From: Nemertoderma westbladi
Taxonomy: Eukaryota > Animalia > Xenacoelomorpha
NCBI GenBank assembly: GCA_032718475.1
Contig: JAUCBJ010000063.1
Location: 1-32,609 of the forward strand
Length of the DNA stretch: 32,609 bases
Direction of reading: 5' to 3'
Shown: one piece after another, positions 11,099 to 23,600 of the stretch
Numbering within the stretch: the first letter of the stretch is position 1
Layout: the number at the start of each line of letters is the position of its first letter
Program-made: the position numbers and the translations under genes
Notes under the pieces: model-generated
The model's input: the letters and a program-made list of their open reading frames with translations, nothing else
Told to the model about the DNA's origin: nothing
The model's database searches: none

Positions 11099-11725
11099 TG
11101 TGACCAGAGGCAATTTACCAATACAGTTGGCGATGCGAGATTACCAATAAATAATCTCGCCTAATAACCAACTCGGGGGGGGGGGGGGCGACACACGCCT
11201 TAAGCCACAGAGAGAGGTGAGAGGTCAAACCACCTCAGAGGGACAACCCAGCTAGCGAGGCTAGCACCAGGGAGTAACACCTACAGGGAGTGGCGAAGTG
11301 ACAATTAGTATATAAGCCAATAGCGGGCAGGGAAGCACATGGGGAAGGACAGGAGGGCATCCATTGGGTACCAAAGGCCACAGTAGTGTAGAGCTGAAAC
11401 CAATATGTATCAATCATATAGTTACTCTGATTACTGATTTACCGGTCAGTTGATTATCACACAGTTGCGGACCGGCATAAGTTTTGACCGTCATTTCATA
11501 TGGTAATTTATATTACTATACTGTTGCTGTCATCATTCTGTATTACAATCTATATTATTATTTCATATTCGCCTGTGCTATTATCACTGGAGTTATTAAT
11601 ACTGAGAAACAAACTCTATTATTTTCCCCAACGGCCTTTGGCCAAAGATATTAGCCCAGCAGCCCAGCAGCCAATTGACGTGTACAACCTTACCCGGTCG
11701 GGATCTCAGACTCGATCCCGTCACA
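11099..11725 (+). mobile_element. Probable solo LTR (~627 bp)
   Basis: Termini TGTGAC...GTCACA (6-bp inverted), TATATAAG at ~11309, and a terminal hairpin CGGGATC-N8-GATCCCG. No TSD seen, so the left boundary is uncertain. Confidence 0.55.
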
Positions 11726-12439
11726 ACTCTGTTTCATAAATGAATGCCTGTTCTCCACAATGGGTGATCTTCCATAATAAACCCTTTCCTCTTTGTTTCA
11801 TAAATGAATGCCTGTTCTCCACAATGGGTGATCTTCCATAATAAACCTTTCCACTTTGTTTCATAAATGAATGCCTGTTTACCACCATGGGTGATCTTCC
11901 ACATTAAACCATTCCACTATGTTTCATAAATGAATGTCTGTTCTCCACAATGGGTGATCTTCCATAATAAACTCTTCCACTTTGTTTCCTAAATGAATGC
12001 CTGTTCTCCATAATGGGTGATCTTCCATAATAAACCCTTCCACTTTGATTCCTAAAAGAATGCCTGTTCTCTACTGTAGAATGGGTGATCTTCCATAATA
12101 AACCTTTCCACTCTGCTTCCTAAATGAATGCCTGTTCTCCACATGGGTGATCTTCCACATTAAACCATTCCACTATGTTTCATAAATGAATGTCTGTTCT
12201 CCACAATGGGTGATCTTCCATAATAAACTCTTCCACTTTGTTTCCTAAATGAATGCCTGTTCTCCACAATGGGTGATCTTCCATAATAAACCCTTCCACT
12301 TTGTTTCCTAAATGAATGCCTGTTCTCTACTGTACAATGGGTGATCTTCCATAATAAATCCTTCCACTCTGCTTCCTAAATAAATGCCTGTTCTCCACAT
12401 GGGTGATCTTCCATAATAAACCCTTCCACTCTGTTTTTC
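11726..12439. repeat. 63-bp minisatellite, ~11 copies, with a duplicated 4-mer (256 bp) higher-order unit
   Basis: Unit ACTCTGTTTCATAAATGAATGCCTGTTCTCCACAATGGGTGATCTTCCATAATAAACCCTTCC. Diagnostic variants recur 256 bp apart (ACATTAAACC at 11901/12157; CTACTGTA at 12071/12327). Confidence 0.97.
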
Positions 12440-13780
12440 AAATTAACATGGTTCTCATTTATCGACCAGCAAAGGATGAAAACCTCGGTAGAGCTAGTCT
12501 GCAGCATTTAAAGTCCCGTGCCAAAACTGTTAAAGCTTTTTCGGCTAAAATGTCCCCTTTTTACACAATGCGCTGGTTACTCTAAACCTTAAAAACTCTT
12601 AAGAACTTTTTTATTTTATGAACTGATATAAACGTACTCCCTCCGGCGTTTATTCTAAGTATAGAACTTTACCTTATACTCTTAGAGATTACGAAATCAC
12701 CAGCCATTGGACAGGATTCTCTTTGTCTTCAAGCCTCTGTGTTATTCACCGTCCAATCAGTATACTTTCCCCTCTACGTCACACCATAACCTGAATTACC
12801 GGATCCATTGGTTACGGGTTAGTGGCATAGTTACTGATTCCTGATTGGAAGTTCTGACGGATTCCATAGGTTCTACAGCGTTCGACGTGATTGGGCTACT
12901 TCAGGCAAGAGCATTACTGCAACCCATCAGTGTGAGTGTTTATACACTTCATGACTTCTCCCAGAAACACCAGTGGCTCGAGAGACACAGAACGCAAATC
13001 TATTAACTTGCCATTCACCTTGCAACACTTGCCACTAGCAATATTTGCATTACTTACTTGCATACTGTGACACATCCTGACTTTCTGACGTCTGACTGTT
13101 GATATTGCCGCAACACTGCATTTTATACTGTTTTATGCTGTTATAATCTATTGTAATTTGTAACATGGATTAATGTTAATAGTTGGAGAATACTTACGAA
13201 TAACCGGTAGATTTTCATGATTTGTTGAGGTAAGCGGAGGGGAATACTATTCACAATTGCCTAGTTCAAATAACCGTGGTTTGTATGAGTGTATGCTGTT
13301 TCATAGTCCCCAACGTACATGAGTTAAGTTTCTCTTTATATGTGAGCAAAATTGGTGACCATCAGCAAATTAGCGTGTTTCAGTACTATTGTCATCAGTG
13401 TGAGTGTGCACGATTAATAATACATCCCTAAAGGATGTAAACATTGGCGTCGTCTCATGCCCACCCGTTGTAATTAGTATAAGTCATATCTCTGCGTGGT
13501 ATTTAGAGCGCAGCACCTAAAAGGAACTGTTAGTATTTAACTAAAAATAAACATAGTTTTTAGAGATTATATAGTAAAGATCAATCAAATAATACAAAGT
13601 GTCCTACGGCTCTCTCTGCCATAGAATCCTGTCTCCCACCTCCGGTGGGTCATACGCCGCGCTAGACTGGCTTCGGCTGTGTTCATATTTGTACGGGCTG
13701 TCAGGTATTAATAGACATATAAATTAGCAGGTTATACTGTTAAAGGTCTAAAAGCGCGAACAAAAACAGTAAAAAAAATA

Positions 13781-13852
13781 CGTTGACGAGGGTTCGAACC
13801 TGGAGCCTCCAGAATAAAAGCCTAGATTGTTAACACTAAATCTAGCTGCTGC
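13781..13852 (-). pseudogene. tRNA-derived sequence (SINE-head-like Pol III A/B boxes)
   Basis: Minus strand GCAGCAGCTAGATTTAGTGTT...GGTTCGAACCC followed by a T-run; cloverleaf degenerate. Confidence 0.55.
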
Positions 13853-13994
13853 TTAGTCTATGAATTGAATATGAAAATATGAATAATATATTTTATAATT
13901 GTAGGTCTTCTCTAACTGAATTTATTTGAGTATAAATATAAATATAAACTATAACTACTGTAAAATATGTGACTTAGAGGAAGTATGATAAAGT

Positions 13995-14182
13995 TGGGGG
14001 AAAGTATCCTGCATATAATGACAGGGGCGATAAAAGACCAGGGGCGATAAAGTCTCGGGGACGATAAAGACCTAGTGGCAGTAAGTTCCTAAAAACTCAG
14101 AACTGGGGGGCGATAAGTTCCCAACAAAAATGCAATTTATAGGGGCGATAAAGTTCCAGGGGCGATAAGGTCCTGCTTTGAA
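13995..14182. repeat. Cluster of ~8 GGGGCGATAA(A)G(T/A)CC motifs; probable orphan DNA-transposon end
   Basis: Degenerate ~16-bp units, ending GGGGCGATAAGGTCCTGCTTTG. No matching inverted cluster found in the window. Confidence 0.6.
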
Positions 14183-14199
14183 AATATACGGTTTACGGG

Positions 14200-15440
14200 T
14201 AATTTGATTTAAGTCTGTCCATTAAAATGTTGGAATGTTCTCAGCGCAGCTGAAACTTTTCTTGCAGGGGTTTTCCGGGTTGGTGATTTCATTTCTAAAC
14301 AGTTTTCTAATTTGACTGCGTCATGTCTATATTTCCGTCAAAATATTTCCGACATCTGAACACACAAACATACAAAGTGGATGAGGTCACATATGGACGG
14401 TGTTATACAAAAGGGTGTTAAGCCACAAAAGTTCAATTTGAGATAATCTATGTCAAAGTTTTTAATATCCTGTGTGATTGTTGTTGTATTATCCAGATAC
14501 TGTTGTGTTTTTATAAGAAAACATTTAGGAAAATTAATGTATTTTTCAAGTTCTTATGCTAGAATATAGCCTTTTCTCCGAAATAGTGATCAAAATGTGG
14601 CTTAACCCTTTTGGAGAACTTCATATTTGGCAAAACGTTAAAATGTCAAAAGGTGTCATACTTGCAAAAAGATGTCAAAAGATGTCAAGCCACACAAATA
14701 TTATGTGGTTTAAATATTTTTTGCATTATTATTTGTGGTTTAACACTCTTTGACTAATCTAATCACAAATCCAAACTCTGGCTAAACTTTCTTGTATTTT
14801 TAAGGCATTTCCTCGTATTATTGGGCAATAGGATCTCATAATTAGACACTTTCCTCTATCGAATGGTACCAAAAACTCAATTTCGACAAAATGTGGGATA
14901 ACTAACTAACACCCTTTTGAATAACACCGTCCGTATGAAAACTGACATCGGAAATGTAATCAACAACCATAAAAACTCCCATATCCATTTCTAGCTAAGC
15001 CTAGTTGGTATGGCTTCCTATTACTTTAACAGAGAGATCGTTGGACAGACAGAAAAACCGACAGACAGACATAATAGACTTCGCTAAAAATGAAACTGAC
15101 TTCGGAAATGAAATCAGCGACAAATATAACCACAACTAAAAGTTTTACATCGGTTTGTGTCATGTCCTTATATTTTGACAGACAGATCGTCTGACGCGGA
15201 CAGACATACTGATAGACAGACATATAGACATAATAGTTGCATTAAAAGTGAAAACTGACATTTAGAATTAAATAAGCGATCTGGAAAATTCCCATAACAA
15301 AACTTTTACCCAGATAAGAATGCTTTTGTTATATTTTGATAGACAAACAGTCAGAAACACAATCCCAGACTGACAGTTTTCACAGACACTTACACAGAGT
15401 AAGGTTAACGCTATCTCTCATAACTTTTTAACTCGATTAG
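14200..15440. mobile_element. Degenerate non-autonomous element with ~155-bp internal repeats and GACA microsatellites (DINE-1/HINE-like), interrupted by a MITE
   Basis: TGAAA(A)CTGAC...GAAATGAAATCAGCGA units at ~14936, 15091 and 15249, an inverted unit at ~14250-14307, and interspersed GACAGACA runs. Confidence 0.45.
14394..14933. mobile_element. Tc1/mariner-type MITE (540 bp)
   Basis: 27-bp TIRs (14394-14420 / 14907-14933, 2 mismatches) flanked by TA on both sides (14392-14393, 14934-14935); no ORF. Confidence 0.9.
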
Positions 15441-16919
15441 CTATTAACAAGCGGTTTGAAGATTCGAAATCCTCATAAAAATATCCACCAGGTGGTATTG
15501 AAAATTAAAAATATACTTTTTGTCAGAAATATTCAACCCCCCCCCCTTAATATTAGTTTAGAACAGGTACTTGAGTTCCTATACCAAGCGGCATTGTGTT
15601 GCAGATGGGCAGTTTAAGGCATTAACTTGATGGGAGAATGCTCCCCACAGAAATTATAGCATTTCTGCGCACAAAAATGATGGAAGTGAAATTGGAACTT
15701 AAAGCCGCAAGAACTACGATTTATGGGGCTTAAAATTTAATCGTTCTGTCACCTTATGACATCAACTATAAATTTCAACAAAAATTATGATAATAAACTC
15801 ATGATAATTTACTCAAAAACAAAAAACCAACTTATCAGCCCTCCAGTGATATCCTCGTAACGCTGAAAAGTAACCAATAAATTAGAAACTATAAACTTAT
15901 TGACTGCGATTGAATATTCTTTAATGCTCTATTGATATGGGAAGTGTAACATTGTTTACCTTTACAGTTCCCGCATTTATTCTTGGAACAACTGCAAATA
16001 ATTAATTACTTAAATGGATATGAAAGTCATCATTATTCCTAAACATTATAATATTAAAGTGTTTATAGATAAGGGTTCATTACACTTATCAATTGGAACC
16101 GTGGCGCTCGCTCGGTGAGTAAATACGTTTTATACTTGTATCTTTGAATTATATATTTGTAAAGTTGGATTAAATAATAAAACCAATTCTGTACCAGTTC
16201 TACTACTTTAGGCTACATAATATCGTCTGATTGTAACAGTCATTATCATACTATAAATATACTATAAAATTCAAAATTATTCGTCAGAGAAGTAAGGAAC
16301 ATTCTACGGAGACTTTGAATTAGTAATAACTTTACTTTACGTATAATGTACGGTTGATATTCCAAGGGTGGTTATCAGTGAGAGCAACCTTAATTTTTTT
16401 TCAATTTATTGATTAAAACATGACTTATAAATATTCATTATTCTGCCATATCGAGAGTGTAATCTAATTCTATCTTTCAATGCAATGACGCAAACGAATA
16501 GTTATCAAGCAACATAATTTTTTTATACTGATTCCTTTTAATGAACTAACAATAGACTCATTAAAATAACGTAGTTTTCCCTAAAGCTTTTCTCGAAGTT
16601 CCCGGATATACACGTCAACCATCATTTGTTAATTACGTGCGCACACTATACAACACATGGACTTGATTACAGAGACAGGAAACCATGTCAGATAGAGTCA
16701 CTAAGAAGATGCCAACAGTAGAAGAAGGCCAGAGCTCGCCAAGTAATACTCTCCATACCGTTTCATTCATTAGTCGGTTTTTGATACTTTATGATCAACC
16801 ATGCCACTATTATGCAGCTATGGTACACATATATCGGCATACCGTGTACGTCACTAGGATTCATTACCAACTGCCACCACATCACCAAACCACACAGTTA
16901 GCGATCAGAAATATTTAAA

Positions 16920-17580
16920 GCTGAACTATTCTACGATAACATTGGCCTGCAAGACTAATCCGTCCTACCTGCTGGTAGTTTTAGCGATTGGTGATGATAT
17001 TGAGATTATACAATGCCTCATTTGATTTTTTCATTTTTGATATGAGCATTAGTATTATGCAACGGATACGTGGAAGTGGCGTAGTAGTACCATGAAAAAG
17101 GGAACTGATGTCTTCTGCAATAAGAGAGGCCCAGCAAGGGCTGTAATAGAACAGTACAACCGCCCGGTTAATCTGACGGTTGGTTGGTGTGGTTCTGGTA
17201 TTTTTCATTAACCTTGATAGTTTTAGTTTATATAATGCTTTTATTTGAGTTTTTTTCAATTATTTTGGTGTTTGTAGCATTCAGAATCACAGATCTTCCG
17301 GATTGTAGAAATAATTAGAGGTCTACAGTTATTTCATCCGCAGTGCAGATGGAGGAATACCCTCCATATAGGTATTGGAATGGAATACCCCTTTATGAAA
17401 TTGATTACCCATAACTCTTCTTATTAGTCGTACAATTTTGTAGTGCGATCTTTGACATGAAATACCATGACGAAGGTACACATGGAGTAAGCATTGAAGG
17501 ATCATGAATATCTCAGGATGTAAACCATCAGCACCACAGACTTTATTTGTCTTAATATAAACTGCGGCAGTTTCTACTTC
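16920..17580 (-). pseudogene. Ancient, heavily deleted RTE-like LINE remnant
   Basis: EVETAAVYIKTNKVCGADGLHPEIF at ~17580-17505, and LAGQCYR-like at ~16950 (cf. FSGHCWR in the young copies). Confidence 0.45.
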
Positions 17581-18572
17581 AAAAAAAATGATCTTTCTGA
17601 TCTTAATAATAAAACAATAGAATAGAACATGGGGTCTTATTGCCTCAGATACTACCTAGCATTTAGGGCCACTTCGGCCACTGTTAGTACTCAGGCACTA
17701 CAGCCCATTAAAGAAATGAAATACCAAATCGATTTGAGTGCTACATAACCCAACCCAACTACCACAAGGAAAACTACACCAAACCATACAGTAACTTTAC
17801 GAAGCTTAATTGCTTGCCACACCGCGGAAGATTTCCTACTTTGACCAGCGCCCAGCGCGATGGGAAAGAGATAATGAAAATTGGCAGCGTCATCCACTGA
17901 ACTGCAGACAAATGTCATTCAGCATTTGAAGGTTTATTTAAGTAAAAACAAACCTGTTAGTTATATTTTAGGAAACACCACGATATGGAGAGTTGGAGAG
18001 GTAGTATTCATTCAATCATTCATATAAATATTTGTTAGAAAATTTTAGAATATGAAAATCAGGTGTAGAATATATTAGAATATTACTATAATATTTACTC
18101 GAAAATCAATCTGGAAATCAATTGCTCTAAACGAACAAAAACAAGATGTACCGGTAGATATTATTGCGTTCAATCAACTTGAAATTAATTAATTCAATAT
18201 GAAAGATGATTTATTTCACAACACAACCTATGGGACAGCACATATATAGAGTACTGTATAACCTGTAAATAGCAATTATACATATATATATATATTTACT
18301 GTTTAATATACTTAAATTTTAATGGCTATATATACTTTTTGTTCTTAGGCTCATGTTAGGTTTACCTAAAAGGAAAATCCTAGTTACGTTTACCACAACG
18401 AAAAATCCTAGGCCCACTATATTATATTTTTAACCAAACATTCTTTCTTTGGCCTTCGTGCACAACTCGAAGCAAAAGTTTGTCAAATTAAGTATTAGCA
18501 GAGTTAGAAGGAAAACTATTAAAATGTCAAATAAATCAATAATAGAATTATGTAAGACACGCAGAAAACACA

Positions 18573-18844
18573 TCAATTCTCATATTTATGTTTCAGTTTG
18601 GCCGACAAAACTGCGAATGCAGATGCTGAATGCCGCATATCGTTTGAGAGTTTACAGGTGGTATCTAACTTTGAGTCCCGTTCCATTAGATTGTTCCACG
18701 CCATATCCATGCCTTGCATTATACCGGAAAACGAGGAACGACTATTTCTCGGTTTATTTTTCATCATTTCTTCCGTGCTGAGAGACATCCTTCTGGGTTC
18801 CAAATCTATCAACGACGTTTGTGGTTCTGTCGCCCTCCTTCGGC
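18573..18844 (-). CDS. Terminal coding exon of an R-SNARE-motif protein (synaptobrevin/tomosyn/amisyn-like coiled coil)
   Basis: Acceptor TTTACTCTATATTTTGGTTAATTACAG|GC (phase 1). LMERDSKLDTTCKLSNDMRHSASAFAVLSAKLKHKY aligns without gaps to the VAMP2 motif [36 protein letters not shown] (recalled), with the zero-layer R kept. Candidate AATAAA at 18215-18210. Confidence 0.82.
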
Positions 18845-18922
18845 CTGTAATTAACCAAAATATAGAGTAAATCACCGTTCAATAAATTAGTCAAATTGTA
18901 ATGAAATTCTACCACCCAACCT

Positions 18923-19022
18923 TAATAATAATAATAATAATAATATTGGTTATTTATATAGCGCTTTTCTACGCTCAGCATACTCAAAGCGCTTTTATTA
19001 TCATTACCCCAGCAAAGCCAGG
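18923..19022 (-). mobile_element. 3' tail of an L2/CR1-type LINE or partner SINE
   Basis: Minus strand AAAGCGCTTTGAG...AAAAGCGCTATATAAAT followed by an (ATT)n tail. Confidence 0.7.
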
Positions 19023-19458
19023 TAAAACCTTGACATTCATTGGCAATTAATAAACAGGATGAGAAATCCCAGAAATTTGACATTGCAAATAAATTTCCTA
19101 GTATTGAAAGTAATCAAATAGACAATTTAAATTCTGATTTGGAATGTTTGGAAGGTTTGGAATGTTATGAAATGAGTGAGGAAAATTTATTCTCAGGATA
19201 TATAGAATAGAATATGAGACAAAAATGAAAAACTGTAGAAAAATAAAGAATTCCCATTGCAAATGCCCTTAACCATGTGTACAACATGAATGTTATAACA
19301 TTAAATTAACACTGAATACTAACAATAGAAGAATAGCAATTAAAATAACTTAATAAGCACAAAGTAATTAAATAAAAAACGATGAAACTATAGAGTTTAA
19401 AAGAGTAACTAGTGAAATCATAGGAAACGTATTGAATACTTTATAAAATATAATTAAC

Positions 19459-19539
19459 AGTAATATTATTAAATATTATTATTATATTAATAGTAATATT
19501 ATTAAATATTATTATTATATTAATAGTAATATTATTAAA
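19459..19539. repeat. 33-bp AT-rich tandem repeat, ~2.5 copies
   Basis: AGTAATATTATTAAATATTATTATTATATTAAT starts at 19459, 19492 and 19525. Confidence 0.9.
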
Positions 19540-19540
19540 A

Positions 19541-19613
19541 GCAGCCGCATGGTTTAATGGTGACATTCGTGGGCTTCCAATTAGGAGACCCTGGTTCGAT
19601 CCCAAGATGGAGC
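19541..19613 (+). pseudogene. tRNA-Gly(TCC)-like pseudogene or SINE head
   Basis: A box TGGTTTAATGG, loop CTTCCAA, B box GGTTCGATCCC. Acceptor, anticodon and T stems are mismatched. Confidence 0.65.
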
Positions 19614-19953
19614 AGCATTGTTTGTGCTGCGCAGTGCTTTAAATGCTGCATCCAGCCCAACCCGAGTTAATGGCGCAAAATGACCGCAAACATTAACAAT
19701 GTTTTTAGTGGTTTAAACGTACTTTTTCTCACCAAAATAATATATGAAACCTTAATTCACTGGCACTACGGTGAATTTGTGCCACTAACTGCCAAACCCG
19801 AGCCCAGGCTTTCATCGATGGATAAATGGATGGTGGATAAATGGGAACCTTGGATAACTTTGGATGAGAGAGCCTTCAGGTTCACGTCAGGTTCACATTG
19901 CAGCTAATAATAGGGTTTTTTGCGATGGATAATATAAACGGATAAGAAGGAAC

Positions 19954-20554
19954 CGGTACTGGCTTGGTGTCCGCATGTCTTCAGGAACTTCACCTTGCCC
20001 CACCTTCTCCACCCCTGCAGACCCATTTGGCGGGGAACACCATGTTGGCTGTGGCGGCAAGGGAGACAAGATCACGCGCCATGATTCACTTCGGAATGCT
20101 AGCTTCCTTCAGCTGCTCTAGCGCCCTGGAGTGAAGTCCCTGGCTTGATCTCTCGCCCTGTTGATGTGTACCTCCCAAATTGGAAGAGGGGTCCACCTAT
20201 GGCCCTTGACGTCACCGTTATCTCCCGAACCATCTTACAAGCCGCCACTACACCGTGGACATGCTCTCTCCATTGCCCGGGAGCGAAAACTCGCTGCCCA
20301 TTTTGAGGAGTGTGGGTGTGGAGGTGTCAGGTGTGGGTGTGGGTGTCAGGTGTGTGTGTGGGTGTCAGGTGTGTGTGTGGGTGTCAGGTGTGGGTGTGGG
20401 TGTCAGGTGTGGACCCTGCGCCGTGGCATTCCTGTGTCCGACTCAGTCAAGCACTTATTTCAACGGTTGTCTGTGTCCTTGTGGCGTGAGAATGACGCAA
20501 TGTGGCTCCGCAGAAGCCCAGTTTTTCCTCCCCTCTGTGGATGGAATCCAGTGA
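19954..20554 (+). mobile_element. C-terminal fragment of a CRE-like (restriction-like endonuclease) non-LTR retrotransposon
   Basis: RYWLGVRM..PCP...DPFG.HHVGCGGKGDKITRHDSLR (zinc knuckle), RP.DVYLPNWKRG.P.ALDVTVISP (PD..D endonuclease), HLFQRLSVSLWRENDAMWL, SVDGIQ*. Interrupted by a GT-rich tract at ~20309-20410. Confidence 0.82.
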
Positions 20555-20632
20555 GGTGAGTTTCCCGGACATTCAGACACCTGCTGGGACCCATCCACAA
20601 AGCAATCTAAGTACAGTACTTTTTTAAATTAG

Positions 20633-23600
20633 GCTCACCTACTAAACTCTCCAATAATTACTGACTCAACTACTAAACTCTCCAGTAATTACTGACTCAT
20701 CTACTAAACTCTCCAGTAATTAATGACTCACCTACTAAACTCTCCAGTAATTACTGACTCGCCTACTAAACTCTCCAGTAATTACTGACTCACCTACTGA
20801 ACTCTCGAGTAGTTGCTGACTCACCTACTGAATTCTCGAGTTATTACTGACTCACCTACTGAACTTTCGAATAATTTCTGACACGCCTACTGAACTCTCC
20901 AGTAATTACTGACTCACCTACTAAACTCTCCAGTAATTACTGACTCATCTACTAAACTCTCCAGTAATTAATGACTCGCCTACTAAACTCTCCAGTAAAT
21001 ACTGATCCACCTACTAAACTCTCCAGTAATTACTGACTCACCTACTGAACTCTCGAGTAGTTGCTGACTCACCTACTAAATTCTCGAGTTATTACTGACT
21101 CACCTACTGAACTTTCGAATAATTACTGACACGCCTACTGAACTCTCCAGTAATTACTGACTCACCTACTAAACTCTCCAGTAATTACTGACTCATCTAC
21201 TAAACTCTCCAGTAATTACTGACTCACCTACTAAACTCTCCAGTAATTACTGACTCACCTACTAAACTTTCGAATAATTACTGACACGCCTACTGAACTC
21301 TCCAGTAATTACTGACTCACCTACTAAACTCTCCAGTAATTACTGACTCATCTACTAAACTCTCCAGTAAATACTGACTCACCTACTGAACTCTCGAGTA
21401 GTTGCTGACTCAGCTACTGAATTCTCGAGTTATTACTGACTCGCCTACTGAACTTTCGAATAATTATTGACACGCCTACTGAACTCTCCAGTAATTACTG
21501 ACTCACCTACTAAACTCTCCAGTAATTACTGACTCACCTACTGAACTCTCGAGTAATTATTGACTCACCTACTGAACTTTCGAATAATTACTGACACGCC
21601 TACTGAACTCTCCAGTAATTACTGACTCACCTACTAAACTCTCCAGTAATTACTGACTCACCTACTGAACTCTCCAGTAATTACTGACTCACCTACTAAA
21701 CTCTCGAGTAGTTGCTGACTTACCAACTGAACTCTCCAGTAATTACTGACTCGCCTACTGAACTCTCCAGTAATTACTGACTCACCTACTAAACTCTCCA
21801 GTAATTACTGACTCACCTACTGAACTCTCGAGTAATTATTGACTCACCTACTGAACTTTCGAAAAATTACTGACACGCCTACTGAACTCTCCAGTAATTA
21901 CTGACTCACCTACTAAACTCTCCAGTAATTACTGACTCACCTACTGAACTCTCCAGTAATTACTGACTCACCTACTGATCTCTCGAGTAATTACTGACTC
22001 ACCTCCTGAACTCTCGTGTAATTCTGACTCACCTACTTAACTCTCGAGTAATTAAACTGACTCACCTACCGAACTCTCGAGTAAGTAATAACTCACCTAC
22101 TGAACTCTCGAGTAATTACTTACTCGCCTACTGAACTCTCGAGTAATTACTGACTCACCTACTGAACTCGAGTAATTACTTACTCGCCTACTGAACTCTC
22201 GAGTAATTACTGACTCACCTACTGGACTTTCGTAATTACTGACTAGCCTACTGAACTCTCGAGTAATTACTTACTCGCCTACTGAACTCTCGAGTAATTA
22301 CTGGCTCATCTACTAAACTCTCCAGTAATTACTGACTCACCTACTAAACTCTCCAGTAATTACTGACTCACCTACTAAACTTTCGAATAATTACTCACAC
22401 GCCTACTGAACTCTCCAGTAATTACTGACTCACCTACTAAACTTTCCAGTAATTACTGACTCATCTACTAAACTCTCCAGTAATTACTGACTCACCTACT
22501 GAACTCTCGAGTAGTTGCTGACTCAGCTACTGAATTCTCGAGTTATTACTGACTCGCCTACTGAACTTTCGAATAATTATTGACACGCCTACTGAACTCT
22601 CCAGTAATTACTGACTCACCTACTAAACTCTCCAGTAATTACTGACTCACCTACTGAACTCTCCAGTAATTACTGACTCACCTACTAAACTCTCAAGTAG
22701 TTGCTGACTCACCAACTGAACTCTCCAGTAATAATTACTGACTCGCCTACTGAACTCTCGTGTAATTACTGACTTACCTACTGAACTCTCCAGTAATTAC
22801 TGACTCGCCTACTGAACTCTCGCGTAATTACTTTCTCCCCTCCTGGACTCCGGGTGGTTACTGACTCAACTACTGAACTTTGGAGTAATTGCTGACTCAC
22901 CTACTAAACTCTCCAATAATTACTGACTCATCTACTGAACTCTCAAGTAGTTGCTGACTCACCTACTAAACTCTCCAGTAATTACTGACTCATCTACTGA
23001 ACTCTGGAGTAATTACTGACTTACCTACTAAACTCTCCAGTAATTACTGACTCATCTACTGAACTCTCGAGTAGTTGCTGACTCACCTACTGAACTCTGG
23101 AGTTATCACTGACTCACCTACCGAACTCTCGAGTAAGTAATAACTCACCTACTGCACTCTCGAGTAGTTATTGACTCACCTACTGAATTTCGAATAATTA
23201 CTGACTCGCCTACTGAACTCTCGAGTAATTACTGACTCACCTACTGAATTCTCGAGTAAATACTGACTCACTTCCTGAAGTCTCGAGTAATTACTGACTC
23301 ACCTACTGAACTTTCGAATAATTACTGACTCACCTACTGAACTCTCGAATAATTACAAACTCACCTACTGATCTCTCGAGTAATTACTGACTCACCTCCT
23401 GAACTCTCGTGTAATTCTGACTCACCTACTTAACTCTCGAGTAATTAAACTGACTCACCTACCGAACTCTCGAGTAAGTAATAACTCACCTACTGAACTC
23501 TCGAGTAATTACTTACTCGCCTACTGAACTCTCGAGTAATTACTGACTCACCTACTGAACTCGAGTAATTACTTACTCGCCTACTGAACTCTCGAGTAAT

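Noticed and set aside
11726-12439. Coding repeat or CRISPR
   Set aside because: No spacers; indels (62-68 bp units) break the frame and there is no long ORF.
13345-13410. Second hammerhead on the minus strand (CTGATGA...GAAAC)
   Set aside because: Stem II does not close correctly and no stem I partner exists.
17691-17918. Hydrophobic ORF as an alternative TM exon for the SNARE gene
   Set aside because: No credible splice donor near the end of the SNARE motif, and no recognisable homology; left uncalled.
18449-18870. Plus-strand ORFs 18449-18781 and 18598-18870
   Set aside because: Antisense shadows of the SNARE exon with no independent features.
19541-19613. Functional tRNA-Gly gene
   Set aside because: Multiple mismatches in the acceptor, anticodon and T stems.
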